Positions 9,145 through 20,127 of a stretch of DNA of 64,000 nucleotides are shown piece after piece. The stretch's first letter is position 1, and each line of letters begins with the position of its first letter. Source of the DNA: Candidatus Shapirobacteria bacterium (GTDB lineage: Bacteria; Patescibacteriota; Microgenomatia; UBA12405); the NCBI GenBank assembly GCA_022837635.1, contig JALHFY010000001.1:317693-381692 (forward strand), in the 5' to 3' direction. The notes beneath the pieces are model-generated. The model did not search any database. It was not told the DNA's origin and saw only the letters and a program-made list of their open reading frames with translations. A program made the position numbers and the translations under genes.

Positions 9145-10211
9145 AGTTTGAGTTCAGCGGCAATGAAAGCATCCAAATCACCATCTAAAACAGCGGTAGT
9201 ATCGGCAGTTTCATGGCGAGTACGCAAGTCTTTGACCATCTTGTAAGGATGAAGAACATAGGAACGGATTTGATGGCCCCAAGCCGCCAAGACATTATCA
9301 CCTTTAATGTCTTGTTTTTCAGCTGAAAGTTCGGCTTCTTTGATAGCCCAGAGTTTACCGGTCAGCATTTGCATGGCAATTAGACGATTTTGGTCTTGGG
9401 AGCGTTGACTTTGGGCAGTAACAGCAATACCGGTGGGCTTGTGAACTAAGCGAACGGCAGTGGAAACCTTGTTAACGTTTTGACCACCATGACCACCTGA
9501 CCTAAAAGCACTAAATTCAATATCTTCAGGACGAAGATTAATCTCAGTAGAATCTTCGATGACCGGAGCCACCTCAACTTTGGCAAAGGAGGTTTGGCGA
9601 AGTTGATCAGCATTAAAAGGAGACAAGCGCACCAAACGATGAACTCCATCTTCACCTTTAAGGTAACCATAGGCAAAATCTTGATTGATCTTGAAGGAAA
9701 CACTTTTAATACCAGCCTCATCACCAGGAGTGAGATCTAAAAGTTCAAAAGGCCAATTTTTTCTTTCAAAATAACGAACATACATTCGTTGGAGCATAGC
9801 CGCCCAATCCATAGCTTCAGTCCCACCTTGACCGGCATGAATAGACAAAATAGCTTGATTTTTATCGTATTTACCCGATAAATAAGTTTTAAGCTCCAGT
9901 TCATCAATATTTTGAGAGAGTTTTTTAAGATTGCTATCCAACTCCCCTGCTAAACTTTGATCGGGGTTGTCGATTAGCAAGGTGGCAATTTCTTCAAGAG
10001 AGTTTAATTCTGATTCGATGGTACTGATGGTAGTAATAGTTTTTTGAAGATCGGCCAGTTCTTGCATAATTTTGGCGGCGGTTTCGGGATCTGACCAGAG
10101 AGTTTCATCTTGACTTTTAACTTTGAGTTCTGCCTCTTGAGTTAAAAGAGAATCGTAATTGAGCTTTTTTTTGATTTGTTTTAATTTATTTTTTAAGTCT
10201 GTCGGGTTCAT
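9141..10211 (-). CDS. prfB: Peptide chain release factor 2
   Basis: SPF tripeptide motif and GGQ motif ([15 protein letters not shown]); single uninterrupted ORF. Confidence 0.9.
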   Translation of the reverse strand: MNPTDLKNKLKQIKKKLNYDSLLTQEAELKVKSQDETLWSDPETAAKIMQELADLQKTITTISTIESELNSLEEIATLLIDNPDQSLAGELDSNLKKLSQNIDELELKTYLSGKYDKNQAILSIHAGQGGTEAMDWAAMLQRMYVRYFERKNWPFELLDLTPGDEAGIKSVSFKINQDFAYGYLKGEDGVHRLVRLSPFNADQLRQTSFAKVEVAPVIEDSTEINLRPEDIEFSAFRSGGHGGQNVNKVSTAVRLVHKPTGIAVTAQSQRSQDQNRLIAMQMLTGKLWAIKEAELSAEKQDIKGDNVLAAWGHQIRSYVLHPYKMVKDLRTRHETADTTAVLDGDLDAFIAAELKL

Positions 10212-10519
10212 TTTTGCTCAATACTGTTAATAATATTTTCGTAGATTTTAGTGACAACACCTTTTTTAATTTCGGTAACTTGGTGATTGACGAAGTTGAT
10301 AACTTCTTGTTGATAATGATTGATAACTTGGGAAAGATCTTGAGTTTCTAAAGAGTTAGTTGAAGTTAATTTGGGAATAGATAAGTTACTTTTTAAGTCA
10401 AGACGATTGGCAGATAAATAACCAATGGCTAAATAAAGGCAAAAAACAAAAAGAAACCACCTAAAAATTACCCCAAAACTCAGGTGAAAACTTTTAGATT
10501 TTTTCAAAACTTTGGCCAC
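10208..10519 (-). CDS. Small membrane-anchored hypothetical protein
   Basis: 103 aa, one TM, 4-nt overlap with prfB. Confidence 0.45.
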   Translation of the reverse strand: MAKVLKKSKSFHLSFGVIFRWFLFVFCLYLAIGYLSANRLDLKSNLSIPKLTSTNSLETQDLSQVINHYQQEVINFVNHQVTEIKKGVVTKIYENIINSIEQK

Positions 10520-10531
10520 AAAATTATTGTA

Positions 10532-10912
10532 TCATTTGGCTGAGAGCCAATTGATGATGGGAGTATCACCATAGAAACATTTTTTTTCTTTAGGCGAGTA
10601 GGCTAAAGGCACACCAATACCTTGACTGGTGTCAATTTCAGGACAGTTTTTGACGGTTTCTCCCAAGAGTTGTCGGTTGTCTGGATTGTTATAAATTTCT
10701 TTTTTAGCGATTTTTAATTTTTGGTCTAATTTATTGGCACTGATATGATCGTCGACTTTTTGACAATGAGGACAACCGTCCCCCCAAAAGAGAATCAAAT
10801 CAGCCTCAGAATCAGTAAAATTTGAAGTTGGTGTCGCGGGGGTGAGATTTTTGAAGAAAAAATAGCTGACAGCTACCACAGCGACAATAAAGATAATAAT
10901 TATTTTTTTCAT
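10532..10912 (-). CDS. Membrane-anchored thioredoxin-fold thiol-disulfide oxidoreductase (CPHC active site, DsbA-like motif)
   Basis: N-terminal TM/signal; WGDGCPHCQK. Confidence 0.65.
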   Translation of the reverse strand: MKKIIIIFIVAVVAVSYFFFKNLTPATPTSNFTDSEADLILFWGDGCPHCQKVDDHISANKLDQKLKIAKKEIYNNPDNRQLLGETVKNCPEIDTSQGIGVPLAYSPKEKKCFYGDTPIINWLSAK

Positions 10913-11484
10913 TTGGTTTTGGTAGTCATACTAATAATTTGATCACCGATTTGAATTTTATCAACTAATTCTAATCCGGAAACAACTTCACCAAAATTTA
11001 CGTAATCACCGGTTAAAGGTTGGCAATTTTTATCAGTAAGACAAATAAAGAATTGAGAATCGTTGCTGTATTCCTTGGTATCAGGAGTGCGAGCTAGACC
11101 TAAACTACCTCTTTTGAAAGGAAGAGAGTTGAGTTCTGATTTTTGACGATTACCGCCAGTACCAGTACCGGTGGGATCACCGCCTTGAACCACAAAACCT
11201 GGTTCTACCCGATGAAAGGTAAGTTTGTCATAAAAACCGCTGTCAATTTTTTTAATAAAATTGGCAACAGTATTGGGAGCTTCTTTGGCGTAAAGCTTGA
11301 TAACAATTTGGCCGTCTTTAGTGTTTAAGGCCACGAGTTTTTCTTCATTAGTCATAGTTTTGGCAGGTGAAATGGTAATTTCGGTTGAATCAGTAACAGA
11401 AGGGACAGGTCCTATTTCCGGCACAGGTTGTTTAGTACAGGCGGAGAGAAAAAATAAGGTAAAAATGAGAACAATTATTTTCAT
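10909..11484 (-). CDS. Cyclophilin-type peptidyl-prolyl cis-trans isomerase, lipoprotein-like
   Basis: FHRVEPGFVVQGGDPTGTGTGG cyclophilin signature; N-terminal LSAC lipobox-like. Confidence 0.85.
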   Translation of the reverse strand: MKIIVLIFTLFFLSACTKQPVPEIGPVPSVTDSTEITISPAKTMTNEEKLVALNTKDGQIVIKLYAKEAPNTVANFIKKIDSGFYDKLTFHRVEPGFVVQGGDPTGTGTGGNRQKSELNSLPFKRGSLGLARTPDTKEYSNDSQFFICLTDKNCQPLTGDYVNFGEVVSGLELVDKIQIGDQIISMTTKTK

Positions 11485-11487
11485 GGA

Positions 11488-12222
11488 CTATTTTAACAAA
11501 AGGAGGACGCGAGGGACACCCTGATTAATATCTTCTTTGCGACTGGTGGCCGGTAAGTCATGGATTGAGTCCATTAACAGGGAATAACTATATTGGAAAT
11601 AGGCGCCTAAGCGGGTACCAACATCATGAACGGTAAATTTCTCTTTATTATCGTCATAACCTAAGACAGTTAGGCTGTGATACCAAGGACCGCCATTTTT
11701 GAAATTTTTATTTTCAGTAAACAGAATTTTGCCGTTAGCGGGAACAACAACTGGAATGTCTTGAGAAATAGCTTTTTTAATATCTTCTAAGGTGGGATAG
11801 TCGATAATCTGGGTTTGGTAACCCCAAAGTTCAGCCGCCATGATGGCAATTTGAGAGAGATTAACATCATGCCCCCAACCTTGTTGCTGTTGATAGTCAA
11901 AAAGTTGATTTAAGTCAGCCACCATTTCGGTAATGGAAGCTTGTTTTTGTTGGTAGAAATAGTGGGCGTTAAGGAGAGCCGCTTCTTCACAAGCATCCTG
12001 CCAAGGTTGATCCCAGTTTTTTTGCGGAGCTTGGGGCACAAAAACAGTTTTTAACAGGTGTTTATCTGGCAAACCGGATTCTAAAATTTGAGTCGGCTCA
12101 GCCTTAATCTCATCGACCATAACTTCAAGCTGATGTCGAGGGGGGAGACGATGGCGAAAAATAAATAAGACTAGAGAAACTAGAAACAAGAGACCAGAGA
12201 CTAGAATAATGCGTTTAGTCAT
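11488..12222 (-). CDS. Membrane-anchored C39-like peptidase family protein (Peptidase_C39_2)
   Basis: VPQAPQKNWDQPWQDACEEAALLNAHYF and YHSLTVLGYDDNKEKFTVHDVG blocks; paralogous domain to 4271..5452 C-terminus. Confidence 0.55.
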   Translation of the reverse strand: MTKRIILVSGLLFLVSLVLFIFRHRLPPRHQLEVMVDEIKAEPTQILESGLPDKHLLKTVFVPQAPQKNWDQPWQDACEEAALLNAHYFYQQKQASITEMVADLNQLFDYQQQQGWGHDVNLSQIAIMAAELWGYQTQIIDYPTLEDIKKAISQDIPVVVPANGKILFTENKNFKNGGPWYHSLTVLGYDDNKEKFTVHDVGTRLGAYFQYSYSLLMDSIHDLPATSRKEDINQGVPRVLLLLK

Positions 12223-12251
12223 TAAGAGTATTTTAGTGGTAAAATCGACGG

Positions 12252-14093
12252 GTGCAAAAAGTAAAAGAAATTAGAAATATTGCGGTCATCGCCCATGTGG
12301 ATCATGGCAAAACCACTTTAGTGGATGCCATGCTGAAACAAACTCATTCTTTCCGGGAAAACCAAAATGAAATGCAGATGACGCGAATCATGGACAGTAA
12401 TGAACTGGAACGGGAAAAGGGAATCACAATATTATCTAAAAACACTTCCGTTTTTTATAAAGATACAAAAATTAATATTGTCGATACCCCGGGACATGCT
12501 GATTTTGGAGGGGAAGTGGAGCGAGTCTTAAATATGGTCGACGGAGCCCTGTTGATTGTGGATGCCGCTGAAGGACCATTGTCGCAAACGAAGTTTGTAC
12601 TAAAAAAAGCGCTTGATTACGGCTTAAAAATAATTTTAGTGATTAATAAGATTGACCGTAAAGATGAAAGAGTCAAGGAAGTGGTGAGAGATACGGAAAA
12701 TTTGTTTTTAAGTTTGGCAGCAGATGAAGAATTGCTTGATTTTCCGGTCATTTATGCAATTGGTAAAGAGGGGAAAACTTTTTTTGAGATGCCGGTAGAA
12801 GCTAACAAAAAGGGCGATACTACTCCCCTCTTTGAGACAATTTTGAAATATATCCCCCAGGCTTCAAAAAACGAGGATTCTCCCTTTCAAATGTTGATAT
12901 CCTCCTTTGAAAAAAATGAATATTTAGGCAAATTGGCGGTAGGTAGAGTTAATGCAGGCACAATTAAAAAAGGAATGTTAGTATCTTTGGTCAATCCGGA
13001 CCAAAAAGTTTTGGGTAATTTTAAGATAGAAAAAATGTATGTTAATGAAGGGATTAACAAGGTGGAAGCCGATGAAGCCAGTAGTGGCGAAATTGTGTAT
13101 TTGGCAGGAATTCCGGAAATTAAAATCGGTCAAACTTTGACTGATATTCATCATCAAGTGGCTTTAGCAACTATTAAAATCACTGAACCAACATTAAGAG
13201 CTTCTTTTGGGCCAAATAGTTCTGTCTTTGCCAAAGCTGAGTCTAAATTTTTGACCAGCAGAGAATTAAAGGAAAGATTGAGAGAGGAAGCGGAAACTAA
13301 TTTAGGCTTAAAAGTGGTGGATGATCCGACCGACAGTATTAGGATGATAGTTTCCGGTCGAGGGGAATTGCATTTGGCAATTTTGATTGAAAAACTAAGA
13401 AGGGAAGGTTTTGCTATGGAAATAGGTAAACCAGAGGTAATTTTGAAGGAAATAGAGGGAAAATTATATGAACCAGTATCTGAACTAACTATCCTAACTC
13501 CGGAAGAATTTGTGGGGGCGATAACGGCCGAATTAGGCAAAAGAAAGGCGGAAATGAAGGATATGATTAAGGATGAAAAAGACGGAATTAAGATGATTTA
13601 TAAAATTTCGGAAAAAAATTCACTGGGGCTCAGGAGCCATTTAATGACAGAGACTAGAGGTCAGGTATCGATGAGCTTCTTGTTTCTAGGTTATGAATTA
13701 AAAAATGAAGATCACTTAAAAGATAGAAATGGAGTGCTGATTGCTTCCGAAAGTGGTAAAGCCCTATCTTTTGGATTAGATTTAGCTCAAAAACGGGGCA
13801 TCACTTTTGTAGAACCAACGGAAGAAGTTTATGAGGGACAAATAGTGGGGTTCAGACCGGTGGTTGGTGATTTGGAAATCAATGTCTGTAAAGGGAAACA
13901 GTTGACGAATATGCGTTCAGTCAGTAGTGATGATGCCATCATTTTGGCACCGGCGGTGAAGTACAGTATTGAAGAGGCTCTGGATTTTATCGAAAGTGAC
14001 GAGTTGATTGATATCACTCCCAAAGCAATCAGATTGCGTAAAAAACATTTGACCAAGGTGGACAGAGTGCGGGCTCAAAGAGCTCAAGGTTGA
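12252..14093 (+). CDS. typA: Translational GTPase TypA/BipA
   Basis: [23 protein letters not shown]-motifs; 613 aa EF-G-like architecture; GTG start. Confidence 0.9.
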   Translation: MQKVKEIRNIAVIAHVDHGKTTLVDAMLKQTHSFRENQNEMQMTRIMDSNELEREKGITILSKNTSVFYKDTKINIVDTPGHADFGGEVERVLNMVDGALLIVDAAEGPLSQTKFVLKKALDYGLKIILVINKIDRKDERVKEVVRDTENLFLSLAADEELLDFPVIYAIGKEGKTFFEMPVEANKKGDTTPLFETILKYIPQASKNEDSPFQMLISSFEKNEYLGKLAVGRVNAGTIKKGMLVSLVNPDQKVLGNFKIEKMYVNEGINKVEADEASSGEIVYLAGIPEIKIGQTLTDIHHQVALATIKITEPTLRASFGPNSSVFAKAESKFLTSRELKERLREEAETNLGLKVVDDPTDSIRMIVSGRGELHLAILIEKLRREGFAMEIGKPEVILKEIEGKLYEPVSELTILTPEEFVGAITAELGKRKAEMKDMIKDEKDGIKMIYKISEKNSLGLRSHLMTETRGQVSMSFLFLGYELKNEDHLKDRNGVLIASESGKALSFGLDLAQKRGITFVEPTEEVYEGQIVGFRPVVGDLEINVCKGKQLTNMRSVSSDDAIILAPAVKYSIEEALDFIESDELIDITPKAIRLRKKHLTKVDRVRAQRAQG

Positions 14094-14398
14094 GATGATT
14101 GGTATTTGGGAATCAAGTGGATGTGGGCATGAGGTACCTCATCACCAAGAGTGAGAAAGCTGATAAATTTAGCCTGGTGCTGATTTTTGAGTTTCAGGGC
14201 CAAGTCACGAGCTACTTCCCAATATTGACCAAAATTAGGAACATCATAAACCCAACGGTAATGGTCTTTAGGAATCAATAGGGTGTGACCGGGAGAGAGA
14301 GGTTTGATATCCAGAAAAGCTAAATAATGGTCATCCTCATAGACCTTTTGACAAGGAATTTCACCTTTGACAATTTTGCAAAAAGTACAATCGTCCAT
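14084..14398 (-). CDS. HIT family (histidine triad) protein
   Basis: HAHIHLIP histidine triad; convergent 10-nt overlap with typA. Confidence 0.8.
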   Translation of the reverse strand: MDDCTFCKIVKGEIPCQKVYEDDHYLAFLDIKPLSPGHTLLIPKDHYRWVYDVPNFGQYWEVARDLALKLKNQHQAKFISFLTLGDEVPHAHIHLIPKYQSSQP

Positions 14399-14453
14399 GT
14401 AAGTATTATAAACCCTTTGCTACTTCTTACCACCTTTCCCTTGACAGGGCAGC

Positions 14454-15455
14454 TTAAATTTCAGGATGGAGTTTTTGGATGCAATCTAAAAGTATTTTTT
14501 TGGCTTTAGGTAAGGAAAAAGGAATGGTGGCACCGGCAGCAGCTTTATGTCCGCCGCCGAAACCAGTAGCTAAAACAATTTGAGAAAGATCATATTTTTG
14601 AGCATCACGGGTACGTAGAGAAACACTGATTTGATGAGGCTCAGTTTCAATCATAGAAATACCGATATCCCAACCAACCACGGCTTTAAGCATATTGGCG
14701 ACACCACCGGTAGTGGCTTGATCGGCAGTAAGTCCGGCCTTACGGATTTGAGTTAGTGATAATGAGGCAATAGCTACCCGATTGTTAAAATAGGTTTCAA
14801 TGTTGTTTAAGAGTAAGCCTAAAAATTTTAAGTCGTCAGGACTGTCATTGTTTTCCAGGTCGAAAATAATTTGGGGAAAATTTGGGTAAATTTTGGACAA
14901 TTTGGAAGCAATGTCAAAAGTTTTAAAAGAAGTTGGCGGATATTTAAAACCACCGGAATCAGAGTAAAGACCGGCAAAAAGACAGGCAGCAATCTCCGGG
15001 GTAATTTTGATTTTAAGTTTTTCAAAAAGTTGGTAGACAACTTGGCAGGTGGCTGGGGCAGTAACATCAATGAGATTGATATCGCCATAGGCAGCGTTGC
15101 TGGCATGGTGGTCAATCACAATGGTGCCTAAAGTTTTGGGAAAAATTACGGGACCAAGTTTAGAAATTTGGTCAGGAGCGGAAGAATCTAAAATAATAAA
15201 TAAATCAAATTGATTAAGGTCGAGGTCAAAATAATTTTTGGGAGTAATTTGGTCGGCTCCAGGTAGAGTGCTGAGATTGGTGGGCAGATAAGAATCTCCG
15301 GAAATTAAGGTAACTTTTTTATTGATAGATTTAAGGTAATGATAAAAAGCCAGAGCCGAACCGGCCGAATCTGCATCCGGATGAGGATGAAGGTGGAGAA
15401 GAATGTGTGAAGCTTGATTGATAGCAGAGGATATTTTAAATGCCAGATCAGCCAT
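14454..15455 (-). CDS. DHH/DHHA1 phosphoesterase (NrnA-like oligoribonuclease/pAp phosphatase)
   Basis: HPHPDADSAGS, IDHH, GFGGGHKAAAGA motifs. Confidence 0.8.
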   Translation of the reverse strand: MADLAFKISSAINQASHILLHLHPHPDADSAGSALAFYHYLKSINKKVTLISGDSYLPTNLSTLPGADQITPKNYFDLDLNQFDLFIILDSSAPDQISKLGPVIFPKTLGTIVIDHHASNAAYGDINLIDVTAPATCQVVYQLFEKLKIKITPEIAACLFAGLYSDSGGFKYPPTSFKTFDIASKLSKIYPNFPQIIFDLENNDSPDDLKFLGLLLNNIETYFNNRVAIASLSLTQIRKAGLTADQATTGGVANMLKAVVGWDIGISMIETEPHQISVSLRTRDAQKYDLSQIVLATGFGGGHKAAAGATIPFSLPKAKKILLDCIQKLHPEI

Positions 15456-15518
15456 AAACTATTATCCCACATGATAGAGACTATTGTAAAAGGATCTTGG
15501 CGAGTAATGAGATTAGTC

Positions 15519-15971
15519 TTATATGGATGTAATTACGGGAGCAATTTTGAAAGCTTTTCTCAGAACTGATTTGGTTGAGTCACTCAAGTTATATGCATCC
15601 ATTTCGTCAATGCTAATCCATCTGTAATCTTGGTGCTCGCCACTGAGCATCACTATCAACTTATCTTGATCGTTAGTGGGCTTGACAAGGTAATTGATTT
15701 GAGTAGAGTCTTTTATAACATCTGGTTTTTCGATCTGATAATTAAAGACGTCAAATGGGGCTATAGGCAGAACATCGAGACCTGTTTCTTCCTTAACTTC
15801 TCTTATTAAAGATGCTTCGGCTGTTTCAAGATCCTCTTTTTTACCGCTAGGAAGTTCCCATAGGCCTGGAAAAACATCCTCATTCATATTGCGCTGAACT
15901 ATAAGGATTTTATTGTCTTTAATAACTACCCCGCCTAAAACTACTTTTTGAATTACGTTTTTGTTGTCCAT
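15519..15971 (-). CDS. NUDIX hydrolase
   Basis: Nudix box GKKEDLETAEASLIREVKEETG. Confidence 0.8.
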   Translation of the reverse strand: MDNKNVIQKVVLGGVVIKDNKILIVQRNMNEDVFPGLWELPSGKKEDLETAEASLIREVKEETGLDVLPIAPFDVFNYQIEKPDVIKDSTQINYLVKPTNDQDKLIVMLSGEHQDYRWISIDEMDAYNLSDSTKSVLRKAFKIAPVITSI

Positions 15972-16013
15972 TTTGTAAATTAATTAACGATCTAAGTAAT
16001 AATGGGCATGAGC

Positions 16014-18680
16014 TTATTGTACCTCAGGATAATGACATTTTTTCCACTTTTTACCAGAGCCGCACCAACAAGGATCGTTGCGACCTAGGGATTTAACCAC
16101 CTTCGGAGTTCCGGGTGAGGATTCAGGAACTTTGGAATTTTCAGCGGAAGCAGGGGAGTCGGGAGCAATCATTTCTCCCCTACCTTCCTGGGTTTCAGGA
16201 GTTGAGGTAAGGGTAGAAGCAACAGGTTCCAATCGGAAAAGCATTCTGGAAAGGTTGGCTTCAAACCGAGACATTAAATTTTGAAACATGTCATAACCTT
16301 CTTTACGATACTCAATTAAAGGATCTTTTTGAGCATAACCGCGGAGTCGGACACCTTCGCGAAGATCATCAAGAGCAGTCAGATGTTCCACCCAAAGAGG
16401 ATCTAAAGATTGAATAACAGCATAAGCCAAAATGTTGTCAGCGATATCAGGACCAAAGAATTTTTGGCGCTCTTGCCATTGATTTTCCAAAAGATTTTTT
16501 AAGAGTTGATGTGGATCTTGACTTTTTTTCAGGTCTTTAACCAGTTGAAGGCGAATGGTTGAGGGCATAGGTAAAATCTCTAGAAACTCCAGTGAGAGTT
16601 TATCGGCATCGACTTTGCCGTTAAAATCAGAATATGAGGCAATCATCCGCGATAGTTCGCTATCTATATATTTGAAGACATGTTTATAATTTTCTTCGGG
16701 ATTATTTTTGGTATTCTCTAAAACCTCGTCACGGAGCTGATAGACAATCTGACGCTGTTTGTTAATAACATCGTCATATTCCACCAAAGATTTACGAACG
16801 TCAAAGTTGTAACCCTCAACCTTGACTTGAATTTGCTCTAAAACTCGAGAAATCATGGGATGAGTCAAAGGAGCATCTTCGGGCATGTTGAAGCGCCCCA
16901 TGAGAGCAGAAATTTTTTCTCCTCCAAAGATACGCATTAAATCATCATCCAGTGCCACATAAAATTGGGAAAAACCGGGATCACCTTGACGACCGGCACG
17001 ACCACGAAGTTGGTTGTCAATGCGACGGGATTCATGGCGTTCGGTACCAATGACATACAAGCCACCTAAATCGATGACTTCTTGATGTTGTTTTTCCCAA
17101 GTTTTAGGGTCAATTTTATCTTTGGGACCACCCAGGATAATATCGACTCCCCGACCGGCCATGTTGGTAGCTACAGTCACAGCACCTTTCATACCAGCCT
17201 TGGCAATAATTTCAGCCTCAGATTGGTGATTTTTAGCGTTGAGCATTTGAAAGGGAATTTTTTTGTTACGAAGCATGGAAGAAATGATTTCGTTTTTGGC
17301 AATACTGGTAGTACCGATTAACACCGGTTGACCCAGGCGGTGCAGTTCTTCAACTTTGGCGGCAATAGCGGCATATTTACTGCGTTGAGTTTTGAAAATC
17401 AAATCATTTTCATCTTGTCTTTGAGTATCTTTGTTAGTGGGAATAATAATGACGTCGAGATCATAAATTTTTTTGAATTCTTCAGATTCAGTAGCGGCGG
17501 TACCGGTCATACCGGAGAGTTTTTCATAAAGACGGAAATAGTTTTGAAAGGTGATAGTAGCCCAGGTTTGGGATTCTTGCTGAACCCGAACATTTTCTTT
17601 GGCTTCAACCGCCTGATGAAGACCGTCGGACCAACGGCGGCCATGCATGAGGCGACCGGTAAATTCATCAACGATAACAACTTCCCCGTCTTTGATGACA
17701 TATTCTTTATCTTTATGAAACAGGGCTTGAGCTTTGATGGCATTTTCAATATAGTGAATAGTTTCAAAAGATTCCTCGTAAAGATTGTTAATTCCGAGAA
17801 TTTTTTCCACCTTGCGAATACCGAATTCTGAGAGAGTGGCCGACTTGGATTTTTCATCAATAACATAATCGGTAGGTTGTAATTCCGAAGCAACTTGGGC
17901 AAATTTGTAATATTTTTCGACGGGTTGATTGTTGGGTGAAGAGATAATGAGAGGGGTTCTGGCTTCATCGATTAGAACAAAGTCGACTTCGTCAACGATA
18001 GCAAAATGATGGTCAGGACGTTGAACTTTTTGGGAAAAATCTCCAACCATGTGATCGCGAAGATAGTCAAAACCAAATTCGTTGTTGGTGCCATAGGTAA
18101 CATCGGCCAAATAAGCTTCTTGGCGGGAAATTGGTCGAAGATGGGCCAAGCGATCGTCAAATTTTTGAGTTTCATCGGTAAAATCAGGATCAAAAAGAAA
18201 AGATTCTTCATGAACAATGGCGGCGGTAGAGATTCCCAACAGTTTTAAGGCCTTGGGATACCAACCAGCACCGACTCGAGTCAGGTAATCATTAGGAGTA
18301 ACCACATGAACACCACGACCGGTAAGAGCATTTAAGTAGGCTGGAAAAATAACTGAATGGGTTTTTCCTTCGCCAGTGCGCTGCTCAGCAATGGCTCCCT
18401 GGTGCAGAGCGATAGCGGCCATAAGTTGGACATCATAAGCTCGCTCGCCCACAGTTCTAAAAATGGCCTCTCGAACGACAGCAAAAGCTTCGGGTAAAAG
18501 ATCATCCAGAGAGTCTCCTTTTTTTAATTTTTCCTTAAATTCAGCAGTTTTATCTTTGAGTTTTTTATCAGAAAGTTTTTTAATTTCAGGTTCAAAAGCG
18601 TTAATTTTAGCAATTAAAGATTTAAAACTACCTAGTCGCCGTTGATTGTCGTCAAAGAGATTTTTAAAGAGTTTAAGCAT
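16014..18680 (-). CDS. secA: Preprotein translocase ATPase SecA
   Basis: DEAD-like motor motifs, C-terminal zinc finger CWCGSGKKWKKCH; ORF track begins at a TTG (18701), but ATG at 18680 (MLKLFKNLFDDNQRR...) matches the canonical SecA N-terminus. Confidence 0.9.
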   Translation of the reverse strand: MLKLFKNLFDDNQRRLGSFKSLIAKINAFEPEIKKLSDKKLKDKTAEFKEKLKKGDSLDDLLPEAFAVVREAIFRTVGERAYDVQLMAAIALHQGAIAEQRTGEGKTHSVIFPAYLNALTGRGVHVVTPNDYLTRVGAGWYPKALKLLGISTAAIVHEESFLFDPDFTDETQKFDDRLAHLRPISRQEAYLADVTYGTNNEFGFDYLRDHMVGDFSQKVQRPDHHFAIVDEVDFVLIDEARTPLIISSPNNQPVEKYYKFAQVASELQPTDYVIDEKSKSATLSEFGIRKVEKILGINNLYEESFETIHYIENAIKAQALFHKDKEYVIKDGEVVIVDEFTGRLMHGRRWSDGLHQAVEAKENVRVQQESQTWATITFQNYFRLYEKLSGMTGTAATESEEFKKIYDLDVIIIPTNKDTQRQDENDLIFKTQRSKYAAIAAKVEELHRLGQPVLIGTTSIAKNEIISSMLRNKKIPFQMLNAKNHQSEAEIIAKAGMKGAVTVATNMAGRGVDIILGGPKDKIDPKTWEKQHQEVIDLGGLYVIGTERHESRRIDNQLRGRAGRQGDPGFSQFYVALDDDLMRIFGGEKISALMGRFNMPEDAPLTHPMISRVLEQIQVKVEGYNFDVRKSLVEYDDVINKQRQIVYQLRDEVLENTKNNPEENYKHVFKYIDSELSRMIASYSDFNGKVDADKLSLEFLEILPMPSTIRLQLVKDLKKSQDPHQLLKNLLENQWQERQKFFGPDIADNILAYAVIQSLDPLWVEHLTALDDLREGVRLRGYAQKDPLIEYRKEGYDMFQNLMSRFEANLSRMLFRLEPVASTLTSTPETQEGRGEMIAPDSPASAENSKVPESSPGTPKVVKSLGRNDPCWCGSGKKWKKCHYPEVQ

Positions 18681-18705
18681 AGCCTTTATATTGTACAGCA
18701 AAGCC

Positions 18706-18738
18706 CCCCGATGGACCGATTTTTATCGGCCATCGGGG
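18706..18738 (-). terminator. Strong GC-rich hairpin downstream of serS (putative terminator) just upstream of secA
   Basis: CCCCGATGG-A-CCGAT-TTTT-ATCGG-C-CATCGGGG: 14-bp stem with one bulge and a 4-nt loop; TACAAT -10-like hexamer 18688-18693 between it and secA ATG. Confidence 0.5.
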
Positions 18739-18749
18739 TGGTGGCTCCT

Positions 18750-20015
18750 CTACAACTTAGGGGAGATAACTTTGAAACCGGTGTGGGGCCAAAGTACCTC
18801 AGGAATATTAATACTGCCGTCTTTTTGTTGGTAATTTTCCACAATAGCCAGCATTAAACGATCATTGACGACAGTGGCATTGAGAATGTGAACATATTCA
18901 TTTTGATTGTTAATTTTGACTTTAGTATTCAAACGACGGGCTTGATAATCGCCACAATTACTGCAAGAACTGGTTTCTTTGTAGGCATTTTGACCGGGAA
19001 ACCAGGTGTTGATGTCATACATGCGACGGTTGGGTTGAGGCAAATCACCAGTGGAACATTTCATAACCTGATAATGGAGACCGAGTTCATTCAGAATTTC
19101 TTCTTCTATAGCCAACATCTCTAAACACATGGCGTCGGAAATTTTATAGTCAGGTAAGGTAAAAACATTCATTTCAACCTTGTTGAAATGATGGACTCGG
19201 AGCATGCCTTTCATGTCCTTGCCGTAGGTACCGGATTCGCGTCGAAAACATGGTGAAAAATTGACGTATTTTATGGGAAAAATATCGGGATTAAGAGTTT
19301 CGTTCATGTGATAAGGAACAACAGAATGCTCGGAACTACTGATAAAAACTAAATCATCTTCAGGTAAAGAGTAATAAGCGCCAAAAAGATTTTTGTTGCT
19401 GGTATAACCACAAGCCCATTCACTTTGAGACTTAATCATCAGAGGCGGTAACATCGGATGAAAACCTTTCTGTTGGAGTTTTTTGACAGCATAGCTCATG
19501 AGAGACATTTCTAAAATGACCAGTTCATTTTTGTAGTAACCAAAACGGGAGCCGGAAACTTCAGCCGCTTTTTTAGTGTCAATAATATCTAATTTTTCCC
19601 CTAAATCTTGATGATCTAAGGGAGTAAAATCAAATTCCGGTTTAGTGCCGACAGTTTTGATAACTTCGTTGTCGGAATCATCTTTGCCAACAGGAACATC
19701 ATCAGCGGGAAGGTTGGGAATTTCTTCGAGAGCCAGATTGAGTTTATCTTGAGAATCTTTAAGAGCAGTTTCTAAGTCCTTAAGTTGATCTTTGATAGTT
19801 TTAGCGGCTGCCAATTGTTCAGAGGTAGGTTTGCCTTTAATGTCTTTAGTAATTTTATTTTGTTCGGAGCGGAGAGTTTCAACTTGAGTTAAGATTTGAC
19901 GATAGTCGGTATCCAGTTTTTGAACTTTGTCTAAAATAGAAACATTTATTTGGCGGTTTTTAAGAGCAGTTTTAACCAGTTCGGATTGAGTGCGGATGAG
20001 GTTAATGTCAATCAT
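18750..20015 (-). CDS. serS: Seryl-tRNA synthetase
   Basis: N-terminal coiled-coil arm, class II core motifs, 421 aa. Confidence 0.9.
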   Translation of the reverse strand: MIDINLIRTQSELVKTALKNRQINVSILDKVQKLDTDYRQILTQVETLRSEQNKITKDIKGKPTSEQLAAAKTIKDQLKDLETALKDSQDKLNLALEEIPNLPADDVPVGKDDSDNEVIKTVGTKPEFDFTPLDHQDLGEKLDIIDTKKAAEVSGSRFGYYKNELVILEMSLMSYAVKKLQQKGFHPMLPPLMIKSQSEWACGYTSNKNLFGAYYSLPEDDLVFISSSEHSVVPYHMNETLNPDIFPIKYVNFSPCFRRESGTYGKDMKGMLRVHHFNKVEMNVFTLPDYKISDAMCLEMLAIEEEILNELGLHYQVMKCSTGDLPQPNRRMYDINTWFPGQNAYKETSSCSNCGDYQARRLNTKVKINNQNEYVHILNATVVNDRLMLAIVENYQQKDGSINIPEVLWPHTGFKVISPKL

Positions 20016-20127
20016 TTAGATGTCGCTATTTTAGCATGAAAAAGAAGCTTTTTCTCCGCAAGTTTTACCGTATATAAGTGTATCAAAATAGATAAAATGT
20101 ATATAATAGAAAAATTTAATCTTTGTT

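Noticed and set aside
9141-10211. Programmed +1 frameshift expected in prfB
   Set aside because: RF2 is encoded as a single uninterrupted 356-aa ORF from its ATG; no internal in-frame UGA with a shifted continuation.
18681-18701. TTG start extension of secA
   Set aside because: Canonical SecA N-terminus begins at the ATG at 18680; the extension would sit inside the serS terminator hairpin region.
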